DNA from: Chrysomallon squamiferum
Lineage: Eukaryota > Animalia > Mollusca
Length of the DNA stretch: 64,000 nucleotides
Assembly: GCA_012295275.1 (NCBI GenBank)
Contig: CM022675.1
Coordinates: forward strand, 3,720,001 to 3,784,000
Direction: 5' to 3'
How positions within the stretch are numbered: position 1 is the stretch's first letter; every line of letters starts with the position of its first letter. Position numbers and translations under genes: made by a program. Positions 28,101 through 42,451 of the stretch are shown one piece after another. The notes beneath the pieces were generated by a model. It saw nothing but the letters and a program-made list of their open reading frames with translations. It was not told where the DNA came from and ran no database searches.

Positions 28101-30456
28101 GGTTTTAATTCAACGCAGCTATTCATTTATTTCTCAGGCTAACTTTGTCGTCTGCGGTACCGCAACCGCTGATTCGTGAGTCTGACAGGTCACGTGATAT
28201 CGTTTAGCCAACCCACTCGTTTTTCCTAGACAGCCCCAGCAAACAGTGAACAAAATTAATGAGGATTGTTGTAAGTTGAACAAAATCGGTAAAACTTCTG
28301 TACCAGATAACTCCGAAAAATCTGCAATCAGATTCTGACTAATAATAATAATAATAATATTAATGTTCATGATGATGATAATATTGATGATAATAATAAT
28401 CATACTGATATTAATGTTGATGATGATGATGATAATAATGATAATGATCATGAAGATGATGATAATAATAATAATAATAATAATATTAGTAAATAATAAT
28501 AATAATAATAATAAGAAGAAGAAGAAGAAGAAGAAGATGATAATGATGATGATGATGGAGAAGCAAAATATCCTGTAAAATATAATTATCATTTTTAAAT
28601 ATTTATAACTTAACAAGCGTGCGTGTGTGCGAACGGTTGTGTTTGTTTGTTTGTGTTTGTGTCTATAGTTACAGAAACATACCTATGTATGTGCACATGT
28701 TTATATGTTTGTGTGTACGTCTTTGTGTGCTGTACGTACGTATATGTCTGTGTGTGTATGTATATGTGTGTATCAATGTATGTATGTATGTATAAGTGTA
28801 TATGTATATATATATGTGTGTGTGTGTGGGTGTGTGTGTGTATGTATGTATGTATGTATGTTTATATATAACTAGCCCAATTAGTTTGTATGTAATTACG
28901 ACAGAAAAGTTTTTGTTAGAATAGACAATACCTTGTTTTCTCTTCTGTGTGTAGAAATAATAAACTCCACACTGACATACAGACAAACATAATTAGCAAG
29001 TCTACATTATACAAAGTCATACATACTTGCATACACACACACAGAGAAAATCATACAGACATTCGGACAGGGTTTGTCAAATACAGACACGTATACATGA
29101 TTTTTAACAGTCCCAATCTGATACAACAATGCACGTAAATCTAGACGGTTAACACAAAACAAAGCGTTTTATCGTGGACATTGTTTTTACATTATTAATA
29201 TGACCCTTCACTCGATGTATCACGTTATCGCCAGATCGCTTAACGATCATCGCGTAACCCGATGCAAATGTACTTTGATTCACTTCAATGAACTTCTGAG
29301 TTCAAATCCCGTTAAGAGTCAGTGACTTTTTTATTTTTTAATTTTTTTATATTATATTATATTATATATTTTATACTGGGATTAGTTTACAAAAGCTGTA
29401 GCCGTTTCTTCTCAGACCTGATGTTGATAGTTAATATTTGATAGTTGTTAAAATACCGGATTTCCAGTTCTAACCAGAATGTATTGAATTTCATGTATTG
29501 CATTTGCTGTGGGTGATATCCACTTTTAACAGTGACAGTTTTGTAATTACAACAGATACATAATACTACTGATGTTTCTTCTATTACCAGTACCACCACC
29601 ACCACTACTACTACCACCACTACTACTACTCTATTACTACTACTACTACTGCTACTATTACTACTACTACTACTACTTCTAATACTACTACCACCACCAC
29701 TACTACTAGTGGTCCTTCTACTACTACTACTAGTACTACAATTGCTACATCTACTTTTATTCAAACAGCAGCAGCACAATCACCACTACTACTGATATTG
29801 CTACTACTTCTGCAACAGCTGCAGTCACCACCACTACAACAACGACTGCTATTACTATTACTTACTACCACTATTACTGCTTATTGATATACATTATTCA
29901 ATACGTAAATAGACAGTTTTTAAAGATCAGACAGCAACAACACATGCAGATATATTTTCAAAATATTATAAAATTTTAATGTTGTCACATTTTTTTTTTT
30001 TTTTTTTTTTTTTTTTTCGTCAGTGAATACCTAAGTGGATATCAGCTTTCTGCCAGCGTATAAAACTTTCATTGACAATAATATTTAATTTGATCTTGTC
30101 AAACACCCGCTCAACGTCTGATTTTCACTAACACACACCACTCAACATTACAACAACGCAGAAGTCTTAATTTACTTCGCCATGCTTGCACGGAATCATG
30201 GGATAGACCGATAATCTTCCGTAAGCGGATCGTGCAATAAATCAAACATTCAAAAATTGACGACGTAAATATTAAACTGGCCTCGCAAGCTCAGTAATTT
30301 TGTTGTCTGATGCACGTGGGCTAGCATGATATTTGACGCGGTCATGCGCAGATCAGAATGGGGTGGAGAAAAATTTAGTTTCCCTGTAATCGAGACGCTA
30401 GAAAGTTCAAATACGTTGATTATAAATTTACGTTAAATAACAAACTCTTTAACAAG

Positions 30457-30514
<58 letters not shown>

Positions 30515-30831
30515 GTGTGTACGTTTGTATGTTTGTGTTTTTTTATGTGTGTGTCAATGTCTGTATCTGAATAAAGAGAGATTAAACAAAATGCTTCATG
30601 TATTTAATACAAAATTTTATTAGATTTTGTTGTTCGCGTATATTTGTTTATTGTAAGAGTAAGAATTACTTTGACTCGTGGTGAATGAACTGTTACTTTG
30701 AGTCACACCTGCCCACTGTTTACGTTGTATGTCAGTAATTAGCGTCAGGTAGTCAGTTTACTGAATACGACACGGAACTGTGTAAACCACAAATTAATTA
30801 CACAACGATTTTAATCTGTTTACATATATGT

Positions 30832-30922
<91 letters not shown>

Positions 30923-33224
30923 TACACTCTCTCTCTTTCTCTATCTCTCTCTCACACACACACACGCACACACACACATACTCTCACTCTCACCCTCTCT
31001 CTCTCTCTCTCCCTCTCTCTCTCTCTCACACACTCACACAAACACAAACACACACACACTCTCTCTTTCTCTCTCTCACACACACACACACACACACTCT
31101 CTCTCTCTCTCATCATATTTACGTTTCGATTATTTGAGGTATGTTTCTTTCTTTCTTTGGTCTTTTTTTTTTTTTTTTTAAATCCTAACTCTTATTTCGC
31201 ATCAAAATTAAATCAATACCTAAGAAAAACCTATTGTGTCTGTTTGTTTAGAACTAAACGGAATTCAGCTGTCATCTAACGACCGGAAGTGACGTTACTG
31301 AATTCTCCACTCGACAGAGTTAATTTTATTGTCTGTTGTGTCCTCCGTACGTTTTGTTGGCTTTAATTAGATATTTTATTAATAATTAGCCACTGCTAAG
31401 TACCGATGACATCTTGTAACCGTCTGTTTCTCAGAAGTGGAGATAAATCTTAAAAATCAAAGAATACACGTAAGTAGAAGAGAAAATAAATTTAGTTTTT
31501 CATTTCATTTATTATTTGATGTATATTTGTAATTACATCCAGTAGTCTGTGATTCTGTATGCTGTACACAAAAACACACACACAGACAAACAAATACATA
31601 CAGACATTTAATTATAAACAAACAACAATAACAACATCAGCGACAAAAAATAACAAAAACAACAACAACAATAACAAAAACAATAACAACATCAGCGACA
31701 ACACAAAAATAACAAAAACAACAACAACAATAACAAAAACAATAACAAAAACAATAACAACAACACAAAAAATAACAAAAACAACAACAACAATAACAAA
31801 AACAATAACAACATCAGCGACAACACACAAAAAAATAACAACAACAATAATGACGATGACGATAAAAAATAACAAAAATAACAACAACAACAATAATAAC
31901 GATGATGACAATGACGAAAATAATAATAATGATGATGATGATGATGATGAAGATGACGACGACGATGACGATAAAAAAAAATAACACCGTCGACAAAACG
32001 TATGGTGAGCACACCTCCTCAACATCTTCAACTTCAACTGCCCTCGTTTCTGTTCCGTGTAGTATTTTAAGAGACAGAGACAGAGAGTTTTTAGAGACAG
32101 TGTGTGTTACTTGTGACAGCAAGGCGAGAACACGTCTCTAATTGACGTGATTTATCGTCGAGAAGTGTTTCATCCGGGCATTGATTATCGCGCCGCTTAC
32201 AACATAAACAATTGCTCAGTGACACTCATCCCTAATGTATTGTCGAGTTAATTGGAGGAGGTTAGATCCCTTATGACGCCATATTGATTTGTACCGGAAG
32301 TGCGTAATGTATATTGATAACTGCTTTTTTTTAGCTGATGCTGGCAATCGATATTATTATTATTATTATTATTATTGTTGTTGTTATTATTATTGTTGTT
32401 GTTGTTATTATTGTTGTTGTTATTATTATTATTATTTTTATTGTTGTTGTTGTTATTATTGTTGTTGTTATTATTATTATTTTTATTGTTGTTGTTACTA
32501 TTATTAATGTGGTTGTTGTTGTTGTTGTTGTTGTTCTTATTATTATTTTTATTTTGTATTATAATTAAACTGTAATTGAAACTACTGACACCATCCTTGT
32601 TTCCGTGACTGTCTGACTGTCTGTCTGTCTGACTGTCTGTCTCTTTGTTCACAAATATTTTCTTTTGTGCTTTCATACCGTACCAACGTCTTCTCAGCGC
32701 CGACGGTGACGTTAAGATAATATCGCTAATAGGCGTATCCGGTAACACGTCTACTTCCGTAACAGTGATAGCCTAAACAAGGTATTTGCCGTGCACATTT
32801 ACAGAATTAAAACAAAGAGAAACTGAAGACAGCGGCTGTCATTGCTGGTCACAATGAAGCTAATTTCGTGTTCAGACACAGAAGTGTCGACTCTAAATGA
32901 CGGTGATCGCTTTCAGGAGGTTGTGACGTCATTATCATTACAAAGGAGTTCGAGTAGATAGAATTTCATTGGCGTCATGTAATTGTTTTAATGCGTAATT
33001 ATCTGTTATTTGTTTACGTAAACGAGTATTGTCTGAAAACGTAATTACATATTAAAAGAAAGAAACAGCATAATTATTGTATTAAATATATATATATATG
33101 TATGTATATATGTTACGTAATTTAATTATGATTAATATTTTGAACAGTGTGAACACATCTTTTTGTAATTATTTCGCTCTGATTGTGATAGTATATTATT
33201 AGCCATATATAATTTCTTACGTTC

Positions 33225-33258
<34 letters not shown>

Positions 33259-34161
33259 GTACGCCAAAACATACACACATACATATATTACGTGCTTATA
33301 CAGTTTTATATATATATATATATCGGAGTGAGGGCGAATGGGTGTCACACGTTCGAGTCTCGACAGCGGCATCTGAGGGTCGTGACAACGGCTCCTTCGT
33401 CGGTGCCTTCCAGAATATTGTCTACGTGCAGAATCAGATCATCCGTACTGAACACACAGAATATTCATCTATAAATACAGACAGACACGCAGACAGACAG
33501 ACAAAGAGACAAACATAAAATAATCGCGCACGCACACACACACACACACACACACATATGGATTAGGGTGTTGGTTTCGGTTTTAGTCTACATATATCTC
33601 TTTATTTTTAAATAACTTCTTTTTCAATCAATAACTTCGTTATTCACAGTAAAAACGTTGAAATGTTTCTTAATAGCAGTGTACCGCAAGTTAGACCTTG
33701 CGAGTAGAATCTGGACTTGCATAATTAAAACACCTCTCTTTTTCGCTCTGTTCTCGTAGAAACCGCTACATAAAAAAAAAATAATAATAATAATAATAAA
33801 AAAAAAATAATAATAATAATTAAAAAAAAAAAAAAAAAAAATTAAAAAAAAAAGATAAATTATTAATCTGCCAATTAACTATTCACTTTGATTGAGAAGC
33901 AGAGTTGATACGTGATATACACTGCGTGACTTTTCGAAGATGAATTTCACATCTGAAAAACATAAAATCTTCTTGTTTTATCTTTTCCTTTTCTTCTTCT
34001 TTTCAAACTCACATTTTAGTTTCCGGGTGAGATGCAGAAATGTTCCGTGTTAAAAGAAGCCGTTTAAATTCTGCCTCGTTAGTCTAGACTCCTTCATTGC
34101 TGGGTCGTTCGTCAGGCCATATATTATATTCATTCGTTCGTTTAATTATTAACTGGTTCAT

Positions 34162-34218
<57 letters not shown>

Positions 34219-34221
34219 TCT

Positions 34222-34342
<121 letters not shown>

Positions 34343-34405
34343 CTCCCTCATCTCTCGCTCTAAAAATATATATGTGTGTCTTTCTGTCTGTCTTTCTTTA
34401 TATAT

Positions 34406-34469
<64 letters not shown>

Positions 34470-34561
34470 ACACACACACACACACACACACTCTCACTCT
34501 CTCTCTCTGCGTATATGTATCTCTGTCTGTCTGTCTCATCTATATTTCTCTCTATCTCTAT

Positions 34562-34596
<35 letters not shown>

Positions 34597-35529
34597 TGTG
34601 TATAGATCAGTGTCTCTTTCAGTTAGTCTGTCTGTCGTAAAACATTTAAAACACGTTTTATGTTTTAAGAATAAATCCTGAACACTTAAACGGGTGTGAA
34701 CTCTTCAGAGTAACAATATTAAGATCAATTTGCTGTCATGTATCGCGTCTGCAACGTTGATGTTACGACATTAACCGTGTCAGCGACAACAGCTTCGACA
34801 ACTAAACCACAGATCTTGAATAAACAAAAAAAAAAAAAAAGTAAAAAAGTGAAAAAGATTAATTTTACTGGATTAATGACGATACCAATGTTTCGCTCTG
34901 ATCTAATCGTTTGATAGCTTTTCATGGTTTATCGAACGACCAGGCATTTCTGATTATTTATTTTTTTCACCTGTATTGACTCGATTTCTGCTTTTACCTG
35001 AATCGACACAGTACAAATGATTTACCTGTATTGACCCAGCCCAGGTAGCTGTTATTGTTTTGACGTTACGACCCGTTTTAGAAGTATTAAAGCGGGAAAT
35101 TAAAGAGAGGTGTTTGTATAGTGTACATCTCATTGTCACGTTTCTATAAACGTCTCTCTTGCTCATTTCATCTCTCATTTGTTCAAAGGAAATTTTCATT
35201 TAATTAGTAGCAGTTTGCGTGATGAATTGAAAACGAAAAGAGTCTCGATCAGATAAATGCATTAATTTATTTATTTATATTTCGTGCCATTTATTTTTTT
35301 TTTTATTTTTTTTTAAATTTTATTTGTTTGTTTGTTTATGTATTTATGTACTGAATTTGTTATTTATTTGTATATTTTATTTATTTTATTTTGTTTGTTT
35401 GTTTTTTTTTTTTTTTTTTTTTTTGTAAAGGTTTTAAATTTAAACAGGTATTTTGGATGTAATTTGTTTAGTAATATTTGTGACTGATTCAAAGTTCTGC
35501 TGATATTCAGTGTAAATCATCGTTCTGTG

Positions 35530-35575
35530 AGTGTATGTCTATCTTTATATGTACCTATGTATGTATGTATGTATG

Positions 35576-35609
<34 letters not shown>

Positions 35610-36000
35610 TGTATGTATACATGTATGTATGTATGCATGTATACATGTATGTATACATGTATGTATATATGTATGTATGTTTGTGTGTGTTTGTGTATGT
35701 ATGTATGTATGTATGAATGTATGTATGTATGTATGTATGTGTGTGTTTGTGTATGTATGTAAATGTATATGTATGTATGAATGTATGTATGTATGTATGA
35801 ATGTATGTATGTATGTATGTATGTATGTATGAATGTATGTATGTATGTATGTATGTATGTATGTATATATGTATGTATGTGTTTATGTATGTATGTATGT
35901 ATGTATGAATGTATGTATGTATGTATGTATGTATGTATGAATGTATGTATGTATGTATATATGTATGTATGTATGTATGTGTTTATGTATATATGGATGG
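35530..36000. repeat. Long (ATGT)n microsatellite, representative of dozens of CA/CT/AAT/AGT/AAC tracts between 4.5 and 49 kb
   Basis: Directly visible; such tracts generate most of the low-complexity ORFs in the track. Confidence 0.95.
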
Positions 36001-36252
36001 ATGGATGGATGGATGGACATATGTATCAAAACGTTTCACTAAACCATTGTTTATTATTTACGAAACACGAAGCTGGACAATCTCTTGACTGGGAAGGTGA
36101 TAATAAAAGCGGCTTAGTCCCATCTGGTAGAATCCCATTTCGTAGAAAGGCTAAATGTGGTTCAGTAGTCTTATTGACATGCTTGGTTTTACCTCAGTCA
36201 TTTTAATGAACTGCTCCAGATTGTTTGGAAAGCGAATATTATTGTACAAATA

Positions 36253-36919
36253 CAGTAATATCTCGCTTAACGATACCACGCTTTAACAATCTTTCTTCTT
36301 TACAAATTATATAAATAGAAATTTAATTTAATAGTTAATTGCTCGAAATAAATGATACAAATGTATACAGTGCATGTTTTTAAGTCCTTTTTCTTTAATT
36401 TTTCGTTCATTCACGAGCTTCTCTCAGCTGTGTTGATCAGTTGACACGTCATACGTGCATCTGATATTCTGATTCTCTTTTCTCTTCAGCTTCGATTTAG
36501 ACTTAAACTCGTTTGTAATTTACCCCTCCAATATGTCAAAACGAATAACAGTATACCGGCAAATGCTGATGATAAAAGAAACGGAAGGCAATAACTTTAG
36601 AAATAAAATACATTATCTTAAATGAAACCAAACCCACAATGAGCGGCATATACTTATTTCTTAATGTATTTGTATAAATTGATTTGTAAATGATTTACTG
36701 TTTATTTAATATCTACAATCTATTAAATCATTTATGTCTAAACTGCCGTTTTATTTCTCCTTATTTCAACTTTTTTTTTTTATGTCAGATCTCATCAGCG
36801 AGAAAGTAACCACTGCTTTTAACCTTAATTCTATGTAAATTACTCTCCCGCTTAACGATACCTCACTTCACTATCGGAAGTTTTCGAACCAATTACATCT
36901 TTAATCTGAGGTATTATTG
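36253..36919 (+). mobile_element. Internally deleted pogo/Tigger-type DNA transposon
   Basis: TA target dinucleotides at 36251-52 and 36920-21. TIRs CAGTAATATCTCGCTTAACGAT versus reverse complement CAATAATACCTCAGATTAAAGAT. Frameshifted transposase start MSKR.. (ATG 36533) ..KRKAITLEIK (~36579-36608), typical of the CENP-B/psq HTH. Confidence 0.75.
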
Positions 36920-37536
36920 TAGTATGGTTATCGCTTATCGCATAAAGTATGCAAATATGACAAATATCGAAATAATCTATGTATCAAATATAGTGAATGT
37001 AAATAATTAAAAAAGAAGGTATTTATCTAAAAGTATTCCCAATGATTTGGTCCTTCGTATAAACTTTTTCAGTCATAGCCAAAGTATTTGCAGGTCATAA
37101 TATCTTTAGTGTACATACTATGTCACATATATTGTATAATATGTGCACAATCTGAATATGTCTGTGTGCATAACGTAAATATGATCAGTAACATATATCG
37201 TGTACATGTTTAAGCTGAATACGGTTGAATTCGAAAAGTTAATGATAAATGTAAGGTTCAAATATTCTATTTACTGAATATAAGTAAATTACTCATATGT
37301 AAAATATGTTTTGTTAAAAATTATATTTGCTGAATTAGTTATTTATAATATTTTTGTCGTATTCTCTTACAGAAGCAAGCAATTTTTCTTTTCTTTCATT
37401 CTTTTTTCGTTTTGTTTTTTAATAGATAGATGAAATTGATGTAAAATTGTTTATTATTGGTTGCTTGTTTTGTAACGGAAATGAAATGTTTATGAATTAG
37501 AAATGACCAGTTTAAAAAAAAAAAAAAAAAAAAAAA

Positions 37537-37575
<39 letters not shown>

Positions 37576-37844
37576 GTAACAGTAATTATAATAAGAAGAA
37601 TAAGAAGAATAACAATAATAATAATAACAACAATAATAATAGTAATAATATTATAATAATAATAATAATAATGTTGATGATGATAATTATGATGATGATA
37701 ATGAGAAGGAGGAAGATGATGAAATAATGAAAAAGTAACAAATCAACAACAAAAGTGAATGCTTATTCTGCTTTCGGTTGATGTTATAATCGATTTAGGA
37801 ACAATGCGCTCCCCCTCTGAATGTTAGAAAGAAACCAGATGTAT

Positions 37845-38415
37845 GCACAGGCCAAGTTCATTATATACAGAGGTAATCAGGTATTGCGGTAAACCAGATT
37901 TTTCTACGAAATGGGAATTCTACGAACTGGGAATCTACCAAATGGGAAGACACCATAAAAGCGAGTGTTTTTATCTGCTGCCAATAAACACATCGCATCT
38001 TTCGATACCCAGACGTGTTGTCTTTGTAGCAACACAGAGTCAGACTCAGCTTCAACGTCTGCTTCAGGTTTGTCTCGTGCCAGGCCTGGTTTGCCTTGTT
38101 CTGGGTTTAAACAAACATCTTTATTCTTTTCTCTTGACAACACGACTGGGCCGGTGTCGTGTTACAAAGCTGAGTTTGCAAGAGTGGCAGTCCTCCTACA
38201 CACAGTACGGGAAGGATGAACTAGTTACACTCGTATCAGTCAAACTTGTTCTTTTATCTTGAAGAAAGATTCTTCGCCTCAGTGTGGGCACTGTCACAGT
38301 ACTTTGACTGTTCACCACGTTTTGGTGGAATGCAGTCATTTTGATGATACAAGGAAGACATATTTGGTAGATATGATGGGGTAGAATTGATCAGATTCCA
38401 CGCGAATCTTTTATT
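37845..38415 (+). mobile_element. Decayed 3' fragment of an RNase H-containing LINE (I/Nimb-like ORF2)
   Basis: Frameshifted pieces read AKFIIY..., RVFLSAANKHI...SNTESDSASTSASGLSRARPGLPCSGFKQ (end of RNase H), EWQSSYTQYGKDELV, and SFILKKDSSPQCGHCHSTLTVHHVLVECSHF (C-x2-C-x7-H-x4-C zinc knuckle). Confidence 0.8.
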
Positions 38416-39072
38416 ATTATTGTTAATGGAAACCCTTTTCAATTATAATAAATTTTATATCGCACATTCTGGTGAAAGCCAGTCATCGCAAAGAAACTAG
38501 AAAATAAATAATTGGTGAAAGAAATGTGAGAAGATTATTTCAGTTCCATCAGCAACGTAACATTTTTTGCTGTTTCCACGTGATAAAGGTTTTTAATTCT
38601 CAGTTGTAATTTGTCATATCTGAATTTTATGCCGTTATTTACATTGTGTTTTGTTTTAAGTGTTTAATTTCAATATTGATGTTGACCGTCCTTAACATTT
38701 GATCTTACCAGTTTCACATCCAACACTCGATGTATTTTTCCAGCTGGAATGTGCATACTGACACATACACACACATAGATACATACACACAAATATACAT
38801 ATATACATACATACATATACATATATATATAAATACATATCCACAGACTTAGAGAGAGAGATAGAGATAAATGAATCAATGAATAAATAAATAAACGAAC
38901 GAACATATATAGATATATAGATAGAGACAGACATATATACATAAATACAAACGTACATACCTACCTACATAAATACATACATAAGTACGTACGTAGTACG
39001 TCCATATGTACATACATATTCATATATATTCATATATATATATCTATATATATATATATATATATATCTATA

Positions 39073-39172
<100 letters not shown>

Positions 39173-39760
39173 TATATATGTATGTATGTATGTATGTTTC
39201 TCTGATTCTATACTGTATTTATTTGTAAGTGCTCGGGCGCGCTCCCGCGTGCGCGCTCGCGCGTGTGTGGGTGTGTTACGTCTACGAGCGGGTATGAAAC
39301 TTCACAGGAGCCGGACGCTGTGAGCACATTTGTTATTTTAATTCTGTCATTAATCATGCAAACAAGACCAGTGTAATATTAACAACGACAAAAACAGAGG
39401 TTGTCCTGCCCAGGGGAAATCAAACAAAAAAGGGAGCTTGTTTGCTGTGCAAACATTTGTCGACAGTGATGTATGAATTGTAGGTGACAGAATCGTACAC
39501 GTTTTGGCTTCAGTTGAATCATTTCATAGAAATAAAGAAATTCGTTTCGTTTTTGCTTTTGTTCCAGTTTTTGTAAAAACAAAGTATCAAATGAACAGGT
39601 CTTTTTAAAAAAAAATAATAATAAAATAAAACCATTTGAGAAATCATTTATTTATTTATTTATTTGTTTGTTTGTTCGTTCGTTTGTTTGTTTGTTTGTT
39701 TGTTTGTTTATTTATTAATTTATTTATTTATTTATAATTATTATTATTATTATTATTATT

Positions 39761-39793
<33 letters not shown>

Positions 39794-40299
39794 CTTCTTC
39801 TTCTTCTTCTTCTTCATCTTCTTATTCATCTTCTTTTTCTTCTTCTTCTTATTATTGTTTTTATTATCGCTATTGTTGTTATTATTTATTTATTCATTCA
39901 TTTATTTAATATTTATTTATTCATTTATTTAATTATTTATCTATCTGCCCGTCTATCTATTTATTAATATTGTCTGGTTCTAGTTAATACTCTAAACACA
40001 TTACATACACAAACGTATTTTTTCCTAAAAAACACGAGTACGGTTAATTAGTCAGGTCAATTAATTCAAATGCGCATGTCCTCTTTAATATAGTGTAATA
40101 CCGTTAAACCATTAATTTCGTTGTCAAGACATAATTCTTATAAATGTTATTGTGAACTCTCACGAATTAATCGCTAAACAGATCGCTCGAGGGGATAGTG
40201 CGGACTAAGGTATTAACTCTGACAGGATTTATCGGTTTTTCATTCAAGGCTGGTAGCAAAAAGAAGAATACAAACTGATGGATTCTACTGGTAACTGGG

Positions 40300-40331
<32 letters not shown>

Positions 40332-41224
40332 AAATATAAAAAAATAGAAAAAAAATATAAAAAAATATAATAAAAAAATAGAAAACAAGATAAATAACTT
40401 ATAATTCGATAACAAGAAATAATATTTTATAATCAATAATTTGTCACGTATTTTATCTCTCTCTCTCCGTAATTATTAATTACCTATAATTATACTAGTA
40501 GTAGTAGTAATAGTAGTAATGGTAAAGGTCGTGCTAGTAGTAGTACTAGTAGTAATCGTAACAGTAGTAGTGGTGGTAGCAATAGTAGTAACAGCAGCAG
40601 TAGCAGTAGTAATATTAGTAATGATAGTTATATAAATAGTAGTATAGTAGTAAGTGTAGTAGTATAATAATAGTAGTGGTGACAATAGTTATTGTGGAAG
40701 TAACAGTAGTGGTTGTAGTAGTAGATGTCATAGTAGCTGTTGAAGTTGTTGTTGTAACAAAATAAATGAAGAAAAATATATAATAGAAAAAAATGCAACT
40801 GAAAAATGTCAAAAAAGAAATTCTAGCCTGACACCGAGAACGAAATAAAAAACAAAATTAAAGGAAAATAATAAATAATATTAATAAAAATATATTAATT
40901 TATTTACAAACAGACTTGAAAGTCAATAAATATTATACTTAATGAAAAAAAAAAAAATTTATTTTTGTTCATTTTTTATTTCAAATTAAAACATTTAGTT
41001 TAATTCTTCTTCTTTAAAAAAAAAAAAAAAAAAAATTATGTCAGATTTTCTGTCAAATTGATGTCCTTGAGACTTCATACTATCTATTAAAATATAATGG
41101 AAATAAAAACAATTTAAAAAGAAGAAGAAGAAGAAGAAAAAGATTAAGACGAAAACAGACCGCTTGTGAATACTTAACAAAAGGGAGGTAACTGCATATA
41201 TATCTTTGTAGATACTGAACTGAA

Positions 41225-41264
<40 letters not shown>

Positions 41265-41351
41265 CTGCATTAAAACGGGTTACCTACGAAAAAGGATAAA
41301 ACTCGTGATCAACAACACCTAGAACTACTCATAAAGGATTAAAACAATTTC

Positions 41352-41456
41352 TACCTATTTTCATGTTCCAAACCAGTTCTCCGCGACTGTTTATCGTAGA
41401 CATTGGTATAACCATTTCTTTGAGAAGGTGAATAAAAAAAATCCCTTGCTGCTATG
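41352..41456 (+). mobile_element. MetaSINE fragment
   Basis: gttccaaaccagttctccgcgactg...gtgaataaaaaaaatcccttgctgcta matches the recalled Meta-domain core gcatataaaagatcccttgctgcta. Confidence 0.6.
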
Positions 41457-41618
41457 TAGTTATGTAGTTCTTGTGTATGACATCATAGATGAAAAATGAG
41501 TATGTCATTAAATAATAAATTATTTCGTTATCTTTGTTTGTGTCTCTCACTGTCTCTGTCTCTTTGAATATCTCTCATTTAAAATATCAAAGGCACAGTT
41601 AATGTTAACCTGATAGAC

Positions 41619-41708
<90 letters not shown>

Positions 41709-42419
41709 GAACTCAGAGATAAACAAGTTAATAATTTAGTGTGCGATCAATTATTGTGACTCGGTACAAAATGTGGGCAAACATTTGATCTGTGACAGTT
41801 CAGCAAATCAGACAAGATAAACCTCGGTTTCATTAAATTAGTTTTCTCTATAATTTATTTAAAGACAGTCACTCTGGACAATATGGCGTCTATGTGTAAT
41901 TTTGCTTGTTACACTGTTTTTTTTTTTTTTTTTTCTTTTAAGTTATAGCATATGCGCAAGCGCTCAAACACCCACGTACCGATATGACGTAATACATCTA
42001 CATTCCATGTTTTACATTTATTTTGTCATAACCGGGCAGGACCTACCACGTGCTTTGAAATGTTACTCACAGGAAACTAACTGAAAGTGTTAATATATAA
42101 ATATATAAAATTAAATTAAAAAAAAAAAAAAAAAAACACTGTCTGGGAGTGAATAAATATGTAAATACATTTGTGAATAAATAAGTGCAGATGATAAATA
42201 AGTAAATAACAACTAACCAACTAACTAACAAACTAAATAAAATATATAAATGAAAAATAACTGACTAAAATAATTAATTAAATAATAATAATAATAAAAA
42301 AGAAACTAAGTAACTAACTAAATAAAAAAGTAAAATAAAATAAATAATTTAATAACTAACTAAATATTTAAGTAAATAATAATAATGATAATGATGATGA
42401 TGATAATATCAATGACAGT

Positions 42420-42451
<32 letters not shown>

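Noticed and set aside
29290-29330. B-box-like GAGTTCAAATCC, possible tRNA
   Set aside because: No cloverleaf or A box; at most a SINE remnant.
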